Shown here: piece by piece, positions 8,888 to 19,331 of the stretch
Layout of the letters: every line of letters begins with the position of its first letter
How positions within the stretch are numbered: position 1 is the first letter of the stretch
Assembly: GCA_035500675.1 (NCBI GenBank)
Contig: DATJXA010000132.1
Span: 1-59,902 of the forward strand
Origin: Bacteroidota bacterium
GTDB lineage: Bacteria > Bacteroidota > Ignavibacteria > UBA10030 > UBA8401
Reading direction: 5' to 3'
Length of the DNA stretch: 59,902 nucleotides
Notes under the pieces: model-generated
Database searches by the model: none
What the model saw: only the letters and a program-made list of their open reading frames with translations
Told to the model about the DNA's origin: nothing
Program-made: the position numbers and the translations under genes

Positions 8888-11800
8888 TCAGCTGCTGTGT
8901 TCTGTCTCATGAAGGAGCTTATCAATTGCGCGCAGTAATTGATCGGCATTGAACGGCTTCACCAAAAATTCATACTTCGCGATCTCACCTTTTTTTGCTG
9001 CGATCTCGGCAGGACTTCCGCTTGTCAAAAGAATTTTCACCTGGGGATCGCTGGTTCGCAATATTTGCGCCAAGTCAATCCCGCTCATCCTTGGCATATT
9101 GATGTCGGAACAAACAAGCGCGATTGAACTTCGACTTTCCCGGTTGTAGACGAGCGTCGCCTCTACTCCATCAGTGGCAGTGTACACCTTGTAATTATAC
9201 GCTTCAAGGGTTTCCCGCGCAATCTGTACAATGGACTGCTCGTCGTCGACAATGAGAACGCCTTCTCCGTTTCCTCTCGGGAGAACCGGATGTTCTTCCG
9301 GTTCGATGGTCGCTTGCTCTTGATCGATTGTTGGGAAATAGATTTTGAACTCTGTTCCGCGGCCAACTTCGCTGACAAGCTTGAGAAACCCTTTATGATC
9401 GCGCACGATGGAATTCACAGTAGACAGACCTAGTCCGGTCCCTTTTCCGATCTCTTTGGTTGTGAAAAACGGGTCGAATATTTTCGCTCTGATACCCTCG
9501 GGAATGCCCATTCCTGTATCGCTGACGGACAAACAGACGAACACTCCGGGGCGCACACCTGCATAATTCTCGACGTCGGATTTAGAAAGATCGGCTTTTG
9601 TGCCGGAGATCCGGATAAGCCCCCCGGAGGGCATAGCATCCCGTGCATTAACGCAGAGGTTCAAGAGTATCTGATGAAGCTGAGTGGAATCGCCGAGAAC
9701 GGGTGGGAGATCTTTGGGAATCTCGACCCTGAGTTCGATCTCCTTTGGAAAGGTTTGACGGATAAAGGATTGGATCTCGTTTACAACATAGCGTAGCTGC
9801 TGCGGACTGAATTCCTGCTCGGTCCCCCGGGCAAAGGCAAGAACCTGTTTCACAATCTCGCTCCCACGTTTGCTGCTGCTCCGGACGTTCTGAAGTATCT
9901 TCTGAGAAAATTCATCGGTCATCTTGTTTGATAAAATATCCACACCCAGTAAGATAGGGCCTAACACGTTGTTGAGATCGTGCGCAATTCCGCTTGCGAG
10001 ACTCCCTATGCTGTCCAAACGCTGAGTACGCCGAAGCTGTTCTTCAAGTTGTTTTCTTTCGGTGATATCGCGTCCAATACCCAGGACCCCTATGAGCTTT
10101 CCGTTTCTCGTTTGCGGAACGGTGCTCAACTCTACCAGCACATATTTGTCCGACCTGGTCCTGACACGAACCTCCTCAAGCGGTTGAGCTTCTCCCTTCA
10201 TCGAACGGCCGAAACGTTCGCGGAGCCTGGTTACATCGTTCGGATGGAGTATGTCCGTAAATGGTTTGCCAAGCCACTCTTCCCTCTTCCATTCCGTAGC
10301 GGATTCAAAAGCCGCATTGATCGAAGTAATGTTTCCATCGGTCGATAATGTAAAGATCGCATCTCGAGCCGTTTCGACAAGCTCACGATATTGCACCTCC
10401 CGTTCTTTGATCATTTCTTCGGAACGTTTCCGCTCCGTGATATCCTGCATCGTGCCGACCAACCCCGTAATGCTGTTCTGCTGATTACGGATCACCTGAC
10501 CCTTGGCCAAAACGTGGCGCAGCTCGCCATCCTTCCGAACGATATCCAATTCGAGGTCATACGGGTCGCCGGTCTCCATCGTCCTCGCAACCGCAAGGCG
10601 CAAGATGGCGTAGCTCTCCGGGGTATAGAGTTTTGCTCTTTCGGCATCCCTTGGACCGGGAAGTGAAGGGTCCCAGCCGGTAATACGGTAGAGTTCGTCT
10701 GACCATACGGTTGTGTCGGTCGCTGCATCCCACCGAGAACTCCCGATTAATGCAATATGCTGGGCTACTTTAAGCTGTTGTTCGCTTTCTCTTAATTTGT
10801 TTTCGATATTTTTCCGATCGGTAATGTATTCGACAAGAACCGTTACGCCGATCAATTTCTTCCCGGAATCGTAGATCGGGTACATCCTTGTTCTCAGCCA
10901 AAACACCTTACCTTGAATATCTTCTTGAAATGATTCCTGTTCAGTATATTTCCCCGCTACCGCATCATTAAACATCGTTATAAAAATACTTTCCGTGCCG
11001 GCATACATAAAATCTTTGAAGTTTGCGCCGATGTAAACTTCTTTTCCGAGGTTTGATTGTATCCGTTCCTTAGCCGTTTTATTGAATTGTAAAACTTTTA
11101 GATCGGGAGAAAGCAGCCAAATAGATTCGCTGGCATTGTCAATGATAGCAGAGAACGTTTCTGCCTGTTCTTTAATGGCTGCTTCGACATTTTTTCGTTC
11201 CGTGATGTCGCGGATGATGCCTTGCTGGAATTTCTTTCCGTCTACTTCAATGGATCGGGAACTGATTTCTACAGGAAAGGTCGTTCCATCTTTGCGGCTA
11301 TGGGCCGTCTCAAAGACCGCTCCTTTGTTCGACTCGGCTTTTTGAATGTCCGCTTCGAATTTGCCGACCTCACTCGGTGCGCGCAATTTTCGAGCGTCCA
11401 TCCCTACAAGCTCCTCATGAGTATATTCATAGGCGGTTGACGCACGATCGTTCGCTTCGACAATCCTGCCTTGTTCATCCATCAAAAGAATGATGTCGTT
11501 GGCATACTTTGTCAAATAATCAAAGTGTTCGGTAAGCGCTCGGCGTTCCGTCTCGAGCTGGAGTTGTCGGCGGTAAAACGACGAGGTATTGCTTTGCCAT
11601 AAGAATGCGACTCCTCCCCCCGCTCCGAGAACAAGAAATGCGATGAGTACCCCAATGCTCCATTGGTTTCGTCTCAGCGGTGCATTCACTTCAGCTTCAT
11701 CCTCTTTCACGATGATGTACCATGGAAAGCTGGCTAACTTCTGTGCAGCGGCGTATACGGGCAAGCCTCTGTAGTCGATGCCCTGAGCGATACCGACGTC

Positions 11801-13147
11801 GCCTTGGAGCACGCGGGACCAGGAAAGTTTTGGATTTGTCACGGGGATGCGCCATTGAGATGAATCATTCGTCGTGAAACGCAACCCGCTCAAATTTACA
11901 ACCTCATTCCCCTCCATTTGAAACAAAGCGGATTCTGTGGTACGGCTTTGAACGGGCCAACTTTGAACAAGCGGAAACAAAACGCGATTAGGGTCATTCT
12001 GCAGAACTATTAATCCAATGAGCGTTTTACCCGAATGGTCGAACACCGGGTCAAACAGATCCAGCCGAAAATTTTTGTCGCCCCGGGTCTTGTGGATGTC
12101 GGAAAACAGAATTTTTCCTGATCGAGCGGAAGAGTCGAATAAAGCTTCGAAATCGTTCCTTGCCTCGTTCGGCATGAATGCACCTGCTTGCAAAATAAGA
12201 TTGCGGGTCCGATCGAAAAAAGCAATGGAGCTGTAGCCATAACTCTCCCTGACAGATTCGAACAATTGCTCTATTTCTTTCCGAAGGTTTTTGTCCGAAG
12301 GATGCAACAAATATCGTCGAAGCAACTCGCTCATCGAGGCTTTCTCGGAAAGAACTTGTGCGTCTCCGACCCGTTCACGCCTCCAGTCCTCCACCTGACT
12401 TGCCTTGAGTCTGGATATGTTCAGCAAATCGTCTTCAGCTGATCTTGCAATTTGAGCGCCGAGATATCCGGAATAGAAGTATCCTGCGGCTATTATACTA
12501 ACGCAGAAAATCAGGAAAATTGTCAGGAGGATTGTCGGAATTTTTCGGGTTGGAGCCGATTCGCTTTCAGAAACAGAGGCTGCGGGTGACGTGCTCGATT
12601 CGATTCCCTTCGTATAGAAGAAAATAAAAACCGCGACGAACGCAAAAAACAGAATGTGAGCCACAAGTCTAGTTTGAACCGATTGTTGTACCGTCCCCTT
12701 AGGAAGAAGTGCGTTCGCCTCTGCATACGCTATGACGATCTCCGACACGATGCAAAGAACGCCAACGATGAACCCGGGAGTCGTTCCTAAAAGCAATCCC
12801 GCACTCAGAAGCACCAAAATGAAGCCAACGAACGCTGGCGCCACAGTACCTCCGCCCGTTGAAGAAAGCGCAGTAACAACTAACCAGAAGAGGAGAACAA
12901 ACACGTAGCTAGCGAGGCGGGTTTTGCCCCGATAGATCAATGGGAAGCAGATCAAACTTGAGACCAGAACAAAAGCTACGATGCCAAGTGCACGCAGAAT
13001 ACCAGCGGGGAACACAATAGAAACGGCGGCGGCGAAGGCCGTTGTGATGAGGAGAGCGAACAAAAGGAATCCATGGAGCAGCTTTGACTGACGGCGCTGT
13101 TCCGGGTCTTGAAATTCCGGAGGGGAAAAAATGCGCGGAAGCTTCAT
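8888..13147 (-). CDS. Large hybrid sensor histidine kinase (TM bundle, periplasmic sensor, ~4 PAS, HisKA, HATPase, REC)
   Basis: [10 protein letters not shown]-box; [27 protein letters not shown]; C-terminal receiver; repeated RDITERK PAC ends. Start at 13147 (MKLPRIF) preferred over 13222. Confidence 0.92.
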   Translation of the reverse strand: MKLPRIFSPPEFQDPEQRRQSKLLHGFLLFALLITTAFAAAVSIVFPAGILRALGIVAFVLVSSLICFPLIYRGKTRLASYVFVLLFWLVVTALSSTGGGTVAPAFVGFILVLLSAGLLLGTTPGFIVGVLCIVSEIVIAYAEANALLPKGTVQQSVQTRLVAHILFFAFVAVFIFFYTKGIESSTSPAASVSESESAPTRKIPTILLTIFLIFCVSIIAAGYFYSGYLGAQIARSAEDDLLNISRLKASQVEDWRRERVGDAQVLSEKASMSELLRRYLLHPSDKNLRKEIEQLFESVRESYGYSSIAFFDRTRNLILQAGAFMPNEARNDFEALFDSSARSGKILFSDIHKTRGDKNFRLDLFDPVFDHSGKTLIGLIVLQNDPNRVLFPLVQSWPVQSRTTESALFQMEGNEVVNLSGLRFTTNDSSQWRIPVTNPKLSWSRVLQGDVGIAQGIDYRGLPVYAAAQKLASFPWYIIVKEDEAEVNAPLRRNQWSIGVLIAFLVLGAGGGVAFLWQSNTSSFYRRQLQLETERRALTEHFDYLTKYANDIILLMDEQGRIVEANDRASTAYEYTHEELVGMDARKLRAPSEVGKFEADIQKAESNKGAVFETAHSRKDGTTFPVEISSRSIEVDGKKFQQGIIRDITERKNVEAAIKEQAETFSAIIDNASESIWLLSPDLKVLQFNKTAKERIQSNLGKEVYIGANFKDFMYAGTESIFITMFNDAVAGKYTEQESFQEDIQGKVFWLRTRMYPIYDSGKKLIGVTVLVEYITDRKNIENKLRESEQQLKVAQHIALIGSSRWDAATDTTVWSDELYRITGWDPSLPGPRDAERAKLYTPESYAILRLAVARTMETGDPYDLELDIVRKDGELRHVLAKGQVIRNQQNSITGLVGTMQDITERKRSEEMIKEREVQYRELVETARDAIFTLSTDGNITSINAAFESATEWKREEWLGKPFTDILHPNDVTRLRERFGRSMKGEAQPLEEVRVRTRSDKYVLVELSTVPQTRNGKLIGVLGIGRDITERKQLEEQLRRTQRLDSIGSLASGIAHDLNNVLGPILLGVDILSNKMTDEFSQKILQNVRSSSKRGSEIVKQVLAFARGTEQEFSPQQLRYVVNEIQSFIRQTFPKEIELRVEIPKDLPPVLGDSTQLHQILLNLCVNARDAMPSGGLIRISGTKADLSKSDVENYAGVRPGVFVCLSVSDTGMGIPEGIRAKIFDPFFTTKEIGKGTGLGLSTVNSIVRDHKGFLKLVSEVGRGTEFKIYFPTIDQEQATIEPEEHPVLPRGNGEGVLIVDDEQSIVQIARETLEAYNYKVYTATDGVEATLVYNRESRSSIALVCSDINMPRMSGIDLAQILRTSDPQVKILLTSGSPAEIAAKKGEIAKYEFLVKPFNADQLLRAIDKLLHETEHSS

Positions 13148-13421
13148 AAATCGTAACCGCTCGATTGTGCCGACGATAGCTGGACGGAACATACATAAAG
13201 CCACACCGAGAAGCAAGTACACCGCAAAACAGGACCCTTTCGAACAGTCAGCCGAAAAGTGATTGCAGCAGATCCTTACTTCGTAAAATGGGAAATGTGC
13301 GGCCTAAGGAGGGGCATATTACTTTATGAACAATCATTCGAAAGAGGAATATCCAGCAGGGGCCCGAGAGCGGTAAGCGTGGTAATATATTTAGAGATCG
13401 ATTAATCCACTTCTATAGTAT

Positions 13422-14018
13422 TTACTCATCGTCCAATCCCTTACCGTCGAGAATTTTCGGCATGCATTTTTCAACCCTCGACTCCCGAGTCTTGGATTGT
13501 TTGGGCTGAGAAAAATAAAAAATGTAGGCCCTTTGCCGTCCCGGCGTCAAGGCGTTAAATGCATTTTTTAAAGCGGAGTTTTTATTCAGCGCATGCTGGA
13601 ATTCTTCAGGAATAATAAAGTCTGCAGTCTTTTTATAGCTCACTTTCAAGCCGGCTTTTTCCACTTCAATTGCTTCATAGATATAAGCTTTCAGGATGGA
13701 CCGCATTGCAGCTATTTCCTGAACATTGGTGAACCGAATCTGGCGAGCCGACTGCACATTCTTCGTTTGTTGGATGAGAACACCTTCGACGTCTTTTAAC
13801 AGGGCGCCTTTGAAAAAAAGAAACGCGCAGTATTCTTTAAACCCATGGATTAACACGATGTTGTTTTTCTCATAAGTGTAACACGGGCAGCCCCACTTCA
13901 ATTCTTCCGTCAGCCCGCAGTCGAGAACGATCGTCCTCAACTTCTCAAATTCCTCGTGCCACGTTTTCGCTTTGCTAAAATAAAAATTGACCTTAGGATT
14001 TATGCTGCTCTTTGCCAT
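13422..14018 (-). CDS. YdeI/OmpD-associated family protein (DUF1801 + OmdA-like)
   Basis: EELKWGCPCY, FFKGALLKD, ALTPGRQRAYI, QPKQSKTR motifs. Confidence 0.85.
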   Translation of the reverse strand: MAKSSINPKVNFYFSKAKTWHEEFEKLRTIVLDCGLTEELKWGCPCYTYEKNNIVLIHGFKEYCAFLFFKGALLKDVEGVLIQQTKNVQSARQIRFTNVQEIAAMRSILKAYIYEAIEVEKAGLKVSYKKTADFIIPEEFQHALNKNSALKNAFNALTPGRQRAYIFYFSQPKQSKTRESRVEKCMPKILDGKGLDDE

Positions 14019-14036
14019 GGTATTGAAGTGTGAAAT

Positions 14037-14588
14037 TTAGATTTTCAACGAACCGCGAAACCCCCTGGCGGCATAATAGGAGTCTGCTCCGTTGTGATAC
14101 ACGAACACTGTGTCGTAGCGGCGGTCACAAAAGATGGCACCGCCGAGTTTTCTGATTTGAGAAGGCGTTTTCACCCAGCTCGATGTTTTCGCATCGAAGC
14201 TTCCAAGTTCCTGCAAATCCCGGTATTGTTCTTCAGTTAACAGTTCGATGCCCATGGCTGTGGCCATATCGACTGCGCTGTTTTTGGGCTTAAATTCTTT
14301 TCTTGCGTTTAGCGCTTGACGGTCGTAACAGAGGCTTCGGCGGCCATTAGGACTTTCAGCCGAACAATCATAAAAAATGTATTCGCGTGTCTTTGCGTCA
14401 TAACCAACAACATCCGGCTCACCGCCGGTTCCTTCCATTTCATTGAGCGACCATAGTTTTTCAGGATGAGCATCCAATTTTGCTTGTACTTTAGCCCACT
14501 CAAGACCTTTATGACGGCTCTTGTTTTTTTCAAATCGGGCCTTTAATGTTGTAAGCAACTCATCCTTTTGCTTTGGCGATAACTTCAT
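14037..14588 (-). CDS. DUF4256 domain protein
   Basis: LKARFEKNKSRH, MEGTGGEPDV, RRSLCYD, YHNGADSYYAARGFRG. Confidence 0.85.
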   Translation of the reverse strand: MKLSPKQKDELLTTLKARFEKNKSRHKGLEWAKVQAKLDAHPEKLWSLNEMEGTGGEPDVVGYDAKTREYIFYDCSAESPNGRRSLCYDRQALNARKEFKPKNSAVDMATAMGIELLTEEQYRDLQELGSFDAKTSSWVKTPSQIRKLGGAIFCDRRYDTVFVYHNGADSYYAARGFRGSLKI

Positions 14589-14615
14589 TTTGCTCTCCTC
14601 ATGGTGTTCATCTTC

Positions 14616-14990
14616 TTATATCTGTTGAAGGGGCTTTAGTATGAACCGTCCGTACGCAACAAATCCGCATATTGCAGCTACGATAAGCCAATAGCCCAAA
14701 TGGCCTACATTGATCTCGGCGGAAAAAATATTCAACCCGCAAAAGAGGAGCATTTCCGCGGCTATACACGTCGCCGCGACAGGAGCTAGAATGGCCAGGC
14801 GTTTATTCAATGCCGGGAAGACCAGGCCAAGGGCACAGAGCAGCTCAACGATACTCATCGCCAGCCACATTCCGTGAGGAATCGCATTGAGGGAGGGTAC
14901 GGTTTGCTCCGAATTCGAAAACTTCCATACCGCGCCTACGACGGTATGCAGGGCGAGAAAAATTTGAAGGACCCACAAGAGAATATTCAT
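14616..14990 (-). CDS. DoxX-like membrane protein
   Basis: MNILLWVLQIFLALH...GAVWK and four hydrophobic segments. Confidence 0.75.
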   Translation of the reverse strand: MNILLWVLQIFLALHTVVGAVWKFSNSEQTVPSLNAIPHGMWLAMSIVELLCALGLVFPALNKRLAILAPVAATCIAAEMLLFCGLNIFSAEINVGHLGYWLIVAAICGFVAYGRFILKPLQQI

Positions 14991-15030
14991 AATTTATTTC
15001 TGTAAAAAGTTTGGTGAACAGATGCGTTGC

Positions 15031-15138
15031 TTTGTTCTTATTTTCTAGGATGTCTTGTATTCGGCTCTGCGCCATATTGATACCTTGCGCAAAAGACAAA
15101 CGCAGCACCTGGTTGCTCCAGCCACATGATTCATATGT
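15031..15138 (-). pseudogene. Probable C-terminal remnant of an SRPBCC-family gene
   Basis: TYES...QVLRLSFAQGINMAQSRIQDIL resembles, from memory and unsearched, the C-terminal helix of Bacteroidota SRPBCC proteins that precede DoxX/DUF4256/YdeI genes. No intact 5' part is present. Confidence 0.4.
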
Positions 15139-15530
15139 ACATGCATTTTGACTCAACTAACTAAAAATATACATACAGTTGTTTAGGTTCGCAAGAGTGG
15201 CGTTGTTGTCAGCATTTCAGCGGATCACGTTGTAGATAGGTTTAGCAAACTTCCGCGATTGGATGTTTTTGCAATTTGATGTTTCTAAAGGGCCCGGTCA
15301 TAAGCCAAAAGAAGCGCATGTATAAATTGGGGTATATAAACGTTCGGGAATGACGATAAAATGGAGTCGTCATACCTGCGTGCTTCTGGCGGGCAATCAC
15401 ATGACGGTGAAAAAAATGGCAAAACGTACCACTACCTAAATTTGCTATCCGGAATAGAATATGATATTTTACGGCAAGGTTTAATCATGTAGTGCAGTGT
15501 GCATTTTTTTAGATCGACGATAGTTATCCT

Positions 15531-16415
15531 ATGAGACGGATTGTTGAATGCGGGTTGGCCTTTTGCTTATTCAGCCTCGCCGTGATTGCACAAACAAGAT
15601 CCGATTCGCTGGCCGCCATCAAACCGCCAATAGGGCATCCATTACAATCTATTGAAAACGCCTCATTAAACCCCGGAAAGCAAAATTTTTTTCAGACTTT
15701 TCTGATGGACGAATCTGCAATTTGGACTTCGCCCTTTCATCTTGATCAACATGAAGCCCTTATTTGGGGCGGAGTAGCCGCGACAACGGCAATTGCATTT
15801 ACATTCGACGAATCGATTTCCACGGATGCGGTCAGGTTCGAAAAGGAACACGTCTGGGCTCAAACAATCAGTCCCATCGCTACGCAGTTTGGCCAGTTCT
15901 ACGTTCCTTATGGCATTGCTGCGTTGTATTGTTTAGACGGCATGGCCCTTAATGACAACACGCGCACCGATACTGGAATTCTAGCGGTTCAAGCTATGGT
16001 TCATTCCGGGATTGTCGTTCAGGTGCTCAAACATGTATTCGGAAGAAGTCGTCCGTTTGTGCACAAGGAAGAGGACAACTGGGATGGACCGCGAGTCATT
16101 CTTGTCCGGTATTATAGGGGAGGATTTTCGCCATACGATTCATTTCCTTCCGGCCACACCATCACGGCATTTAGCCTTGCGACGGTCATCGCTGAGCGTG
16201 AGGAACCCTGGGTTGGCGTTGTTGCGTACTCTTGTGCCGGCCTCTGCGGCGCATCTCGCGTTACCCAAAACGATCATTGGCTGTCGGATGTGATTGTCGG
16301 CGGAGCTCTCGGGGTTGCAATTGGAAATTTCGAAGTGAACACTCACCAGGAGCGTTATGGAATTTCTCCAATAATAGGCGCACGCTCAGCTGGGGTGTCT
16401 ATCCAATTTAATTAG
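15531..16415 (+). CDS. Exported PAP2-family phosphatase
   Basis: Signal peptide; complete KHVFGRSRP, FPSGH and SRVTQNDHWLSD motifs. Confidence 0.88.
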   Translation: MRRIVECGLAFCLFSLAVIAQTRSDSLAAIKPPIGHPLQSIENASLNPGKQNFFQTFLMDESAIWTSPFHLDQHEALIWGGVAATTAIAFTFDESISTDAVRFEKEHVWAQTISPIATQFGQFYVPYGIAALYCLDGMALNDNTRTDTGILAVQAMVHSGIVVQVLKHVFGRSRPFVHKEEDNWDGPRVILVRYYRGGFSPYDSFPSGHTITAFSLATVIAEREEPWVGVVAYSCAGLCGASRVTQNDHWLSDVIVGGALGVAIGNFEVNTHQERYGISPIIGARSAGVSIQFN

Positions 16416-16457
16416 AAGCAATCCCAACTATGGCGCCTTCCCGCCCCTATTGATTCG

Positions 16458-17447
16458 ATGATGGAGTCTTCCCTTTCTCTCAATAAGCCCTTACAATGGT
16501 CTCACCGAGTATGCTTGGCGATGGGCCTTGCGACAATGTTGTTCCCGATCGCTAAAGCCGGAACCGGCAATCAAATAGTTTCGCTGAGCGATAAAACGCT
16601 CGCGTCCGTGATAGCAAGCTCGGATTCGACGGCGCGCAAAGATACTGCAAAGCAAAATCAAGGCAGCACTACAGAATTAAAGTGGTATGATATGATTGCT
16701 CATATCCCGGGGGATTGGGCTCAATACGCTAATATAACATTCCGCGAACAAAACATTCCTTTCTATCTCGGAGTCGGTACAGCTACCACGCTTCTCATGT
16801 TGACAGACAATCAAACATACGAACCGTCAAAAAAGTTGTACGCAAACTCTACGGACGCTCGGACAATAAGCGACATCTTTGTGCAATTGGGCGATGGCAG
16901 TTCTCAGTTTGCCCTGGCGGGGGCATTCGGTATCTACGGTTTTATGGAACACGATGAAAAATCATTACGAACGGGGAGTGAAATTGCCGAAGCGATCCTT
17001 GCAGCAGGAGGCGTTGTTCAGGTATTAAAGCATATTACCGGCCGCGAAAGTCCGTTCGTTTCTTCAAGCCCGACAGGGTTATGGCGATTCTTCCCGAATC
17101 AATTAAAATACAGCAAGCATGTCCCGCATTACGACGCCTTTCCCTCGGGGCATGTATGCACCTCTGTTGTCACTGTTGTTGTGATACAAGAAAACTACCC
17201 GGAAGAAAAGTGGATATCTCCCGTCGGGTATGCAATAACGGGATTAGTAGGGGTGGGGATGGTGAACTACGGCATTCATTGGTACAGCGATTATCCGCTG
17301 GCGATTGCCATCGGCTATACTTTTGGAAAGATTATCTCCCATCCTGAGCTTGTAGGTCAAAATGATTCGCATACGTCAAAGTCTTTATCATTTTTTCCCT
17401 TTCTATCTCCGCACGGATCGGGCGCGACTTTGGACTTCGTTTTTTGA
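16458..17447 (+). CDS. Exported PAP2-family protein with variant motifs
   Basis: KHITGRESP, FPSGH, GMVNYGIHWYSD; N-terminal signal-like segment. Confidence 0.82.
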   Translation: MMESSLSLNKPLQWSHRVCLAMGLATMLFPIAKAGTGNQIVSLSDKTLASVIASSDSTARKDTAKQNQGSTTELKWYDMIAHIPGDWAQYANITFREQNIPFYLGVGTATTLLMLTDNQTYEPSKKLYANSTDARTISDIFVQLGDGSSQFALAGAFGIYGFMEHDEKSLRTGSEIAEAILAAGGVVQVLKHITGRESPFVSSSPTGLWRFFPNQLKYSKHVPHYDAFPSGHVCTSVVTVVVIQENYPEEKWISPVGYAITGLVGVGMVNYGIHWYSDYPLAIAIGYTFGKIISHPELVGQNDSHTSKSLSFFPFLSPHGSGATLDFVF

Positions 17448-17498
17448 TGAGCGACCCGCCCTTCTTTTTCTATCATCGTCATTCCTCATAAAACGAAA

Positions 17499-18164
17499 TC
17501 AGAATCTTTCGATTTCTACTTTTCTGAAATCGATGGGATACCCTTCGTATTGAAGAAGGATCCGTCCCTCCGTAACCGAAGGGTTGCTCCCTTCGTTCAC
17601 CAGTACCCCGTTAAGCTCCTGCTTGATCGTTCCGTTGAGGAATGTGACGGTTAGCGTATTCCATTCTCCAATAGGCTTTTCTGTATCTTGAAGGCGGTTG
17701 ATAACCACACTTCTCCCGGGTTCAGTTCTTTTACCGTTGACTCTGAGTGTGACCCCCTGAAGCAAAATGAAGTCTCCCGTTGAACCCTCCTTGATCTGAA
17801 ACTGAATCCCTTCCGGCCATAACGTATCGACAATTTTCGGCGGCACCAAGTACATCACGCCGCTGTTTTTCGTATTATTTTTCCTGACAAACATTGTATC
17901 GGTATTCCACCTGAACTCGACCGTTAATTTAAAGTCGTGGAACGATTGGTCCGACATAAGGTAACCGGCCTTTGCGCCGTAGAGCCGGATCATATGCTGG
18001 TCGACCGGAAAAAGGTCCGAGGCATGAAGATGTTTTCCCGACTGCGGTTCGTACGAATACCATCCGTCTAGATTGCTTTGGTTGAATAGCTGAATGACCG
18101 TTTGAGCGGCCATACACCGGGGGATGAAAAAGAATGCAAGCAGCAAAGGATATCGATGATTCAT
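17499..18164 (-). CDS. DUF1080 (3-keto-disaccharide hydrolase-like) protein
   Basis: LFNQSNLDGW, DFKLTVEFRW, NSGV, EKPIGEWN, GRILLQYEG...FRKV. Confidence 0.85.
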   Translation of the reverse strand: MNHRYPLLLAFFFIPRCMAAQTVIQLFNQSNLDGWYSYEPQSGKHLHASDLFPVDQHMIRLYGAKAGYLMSDQSFHDFKLTVEFRWNTDTMFVRKNNTKNSGVMYLVPPKIVDTLWPEGIQFQIKEGSTGDFILLQGVTLRVNGKRTEPGRSVVINRLQDTEKPIGEWNTLTVTFLNGTIKQELNGVLVNEGSNPSVTEGRILLQYEGYPIDFRKVEIERF

Positions 18165-18197
18165 AGAAGAAGTTAATTTCGGATACCACAGTTTCGA

Positions 18198-19034
18198 TCA
18201 ACCGAATTTCAGGTGCACCATTTTAATCGCTCTGAAAAAATTCAAAAGTTGAAACGAAGAGACGATCTTCTTGTCCAGGAATTCTTCCAAATTGATCCCG
18301 GAGTAATACGGGAATTCGTCGACAACCGATATTTCGTCGCTCCATCTCGCGATGGCTTTGCCCGAATTGACGCCCCAATGCCAACGGGCGAGCAACTTCG
18401 ACCTTTGGACCTGTATCCGGGTGATAAGAACATTATTTCTCAGCCAAAGAAGCGGTTTTGAATATGCATCAAACATTATTTCGCTTCCGGGAAATTCCCG
18501 GATCAAATCGAGAAACAGCCCTTTGATCTCCTCTTCCTGCAAATAGACGAACACGCCGGCCGACATGAAGAAGATTTTCGACCGGCGCTCCTTGATTTCT
18601 TGAAACCAGCTTCTGTCGAAGACGGATTTCGCGATAGACTTGTTTCGCTCACCCTCCGGAATTAATTTTAGCCTTAGCTCCATTGAATCCGGAAGGTCGA
18701 GGTCGTACCAAAATATTTTGCCGTTGTCTATCCGATGAAATGTTGTGTCAAGGCCAGCCCCGAGATTGACGATCGTCGCATCCGGGTATTTCTTAATAAA
18801 GGCCGAAAGCGCGGCGTCCAAATGGTATGCGCGTATTGCCGAATTAACCGAAATCTGCACGGGCATGTGTTTGAAGACGTCGTTGAAATCAAAATCCAAC
18901 CGTTCTACAATATCGTGGGCATATTTATCCTTGATGAGAGGATGCTCTTTTTCATACTCCTTCGCCCTTCCGAACAACGGAATGAGAAGCGTCCTTTGGA
19001 CATCTCCAAGATCAATCTTTATTTTCTCTTTCAT
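18198..19034 (-). CDS. Class I SAM-dependent methyltransferase (TcmP/LCM-like)
   Basis: VQRTLLIPLFGRA, VNLGAGLDT, WYDLDLP, AGVFVYL. Start at 19034 (MKEKIKIDL) preferred. Confidence 0.88.
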   Translation of the reverse strand: MKEKIKIDLGDVQRTLLIPLFGRAKEYEKEHPLIKDKYAHDIVERLDFDFNDVFKHMPVQISVNSAIRAYHLDAALSAFIKKYPDATIVNLGAGLDTTFHRIDNGKIFWYDLDLPDSMELRLKLIPEGERNKSIAKSVFDRSWFQEIKERRSKIFFMSAGVFVYLQEEEIKGLFLDLIREFPGSEIMFDAYSKPLLWLRNNVLITRIQVQRSKLLARWHWGVNSGKAIARWSDEISVVDEFPYYSGINLEEFLDKKIVSSFQLLNFFRAIKMVHLKFG

Positions 19035-19331
19035 GCGTAGTTTCGCCTTGTTTCGATCGACCTCGCAAGGCCGTCTGCCCCTTCGACGAATAATGTAATT
19101 TCTTGGCAGTTGAAACGCAACGATTAACGGCCACACTTCCCATTAATCACGGGCTGAGTGCGAAAGATGTGATACCCACCAGTACGTGAAGATTTCTGCA
19201 AAAATTCGTCGACGTTAAGTAAATGGAAGCACATGCCATAACGCCGTTGCAAAATGAGCGGCTTGATAAGCTCCCCAGCAAATCGTACCTTTTGCCTCAT
19301 TACGATTGAGAAAAGACACGGAAGATTCGCA

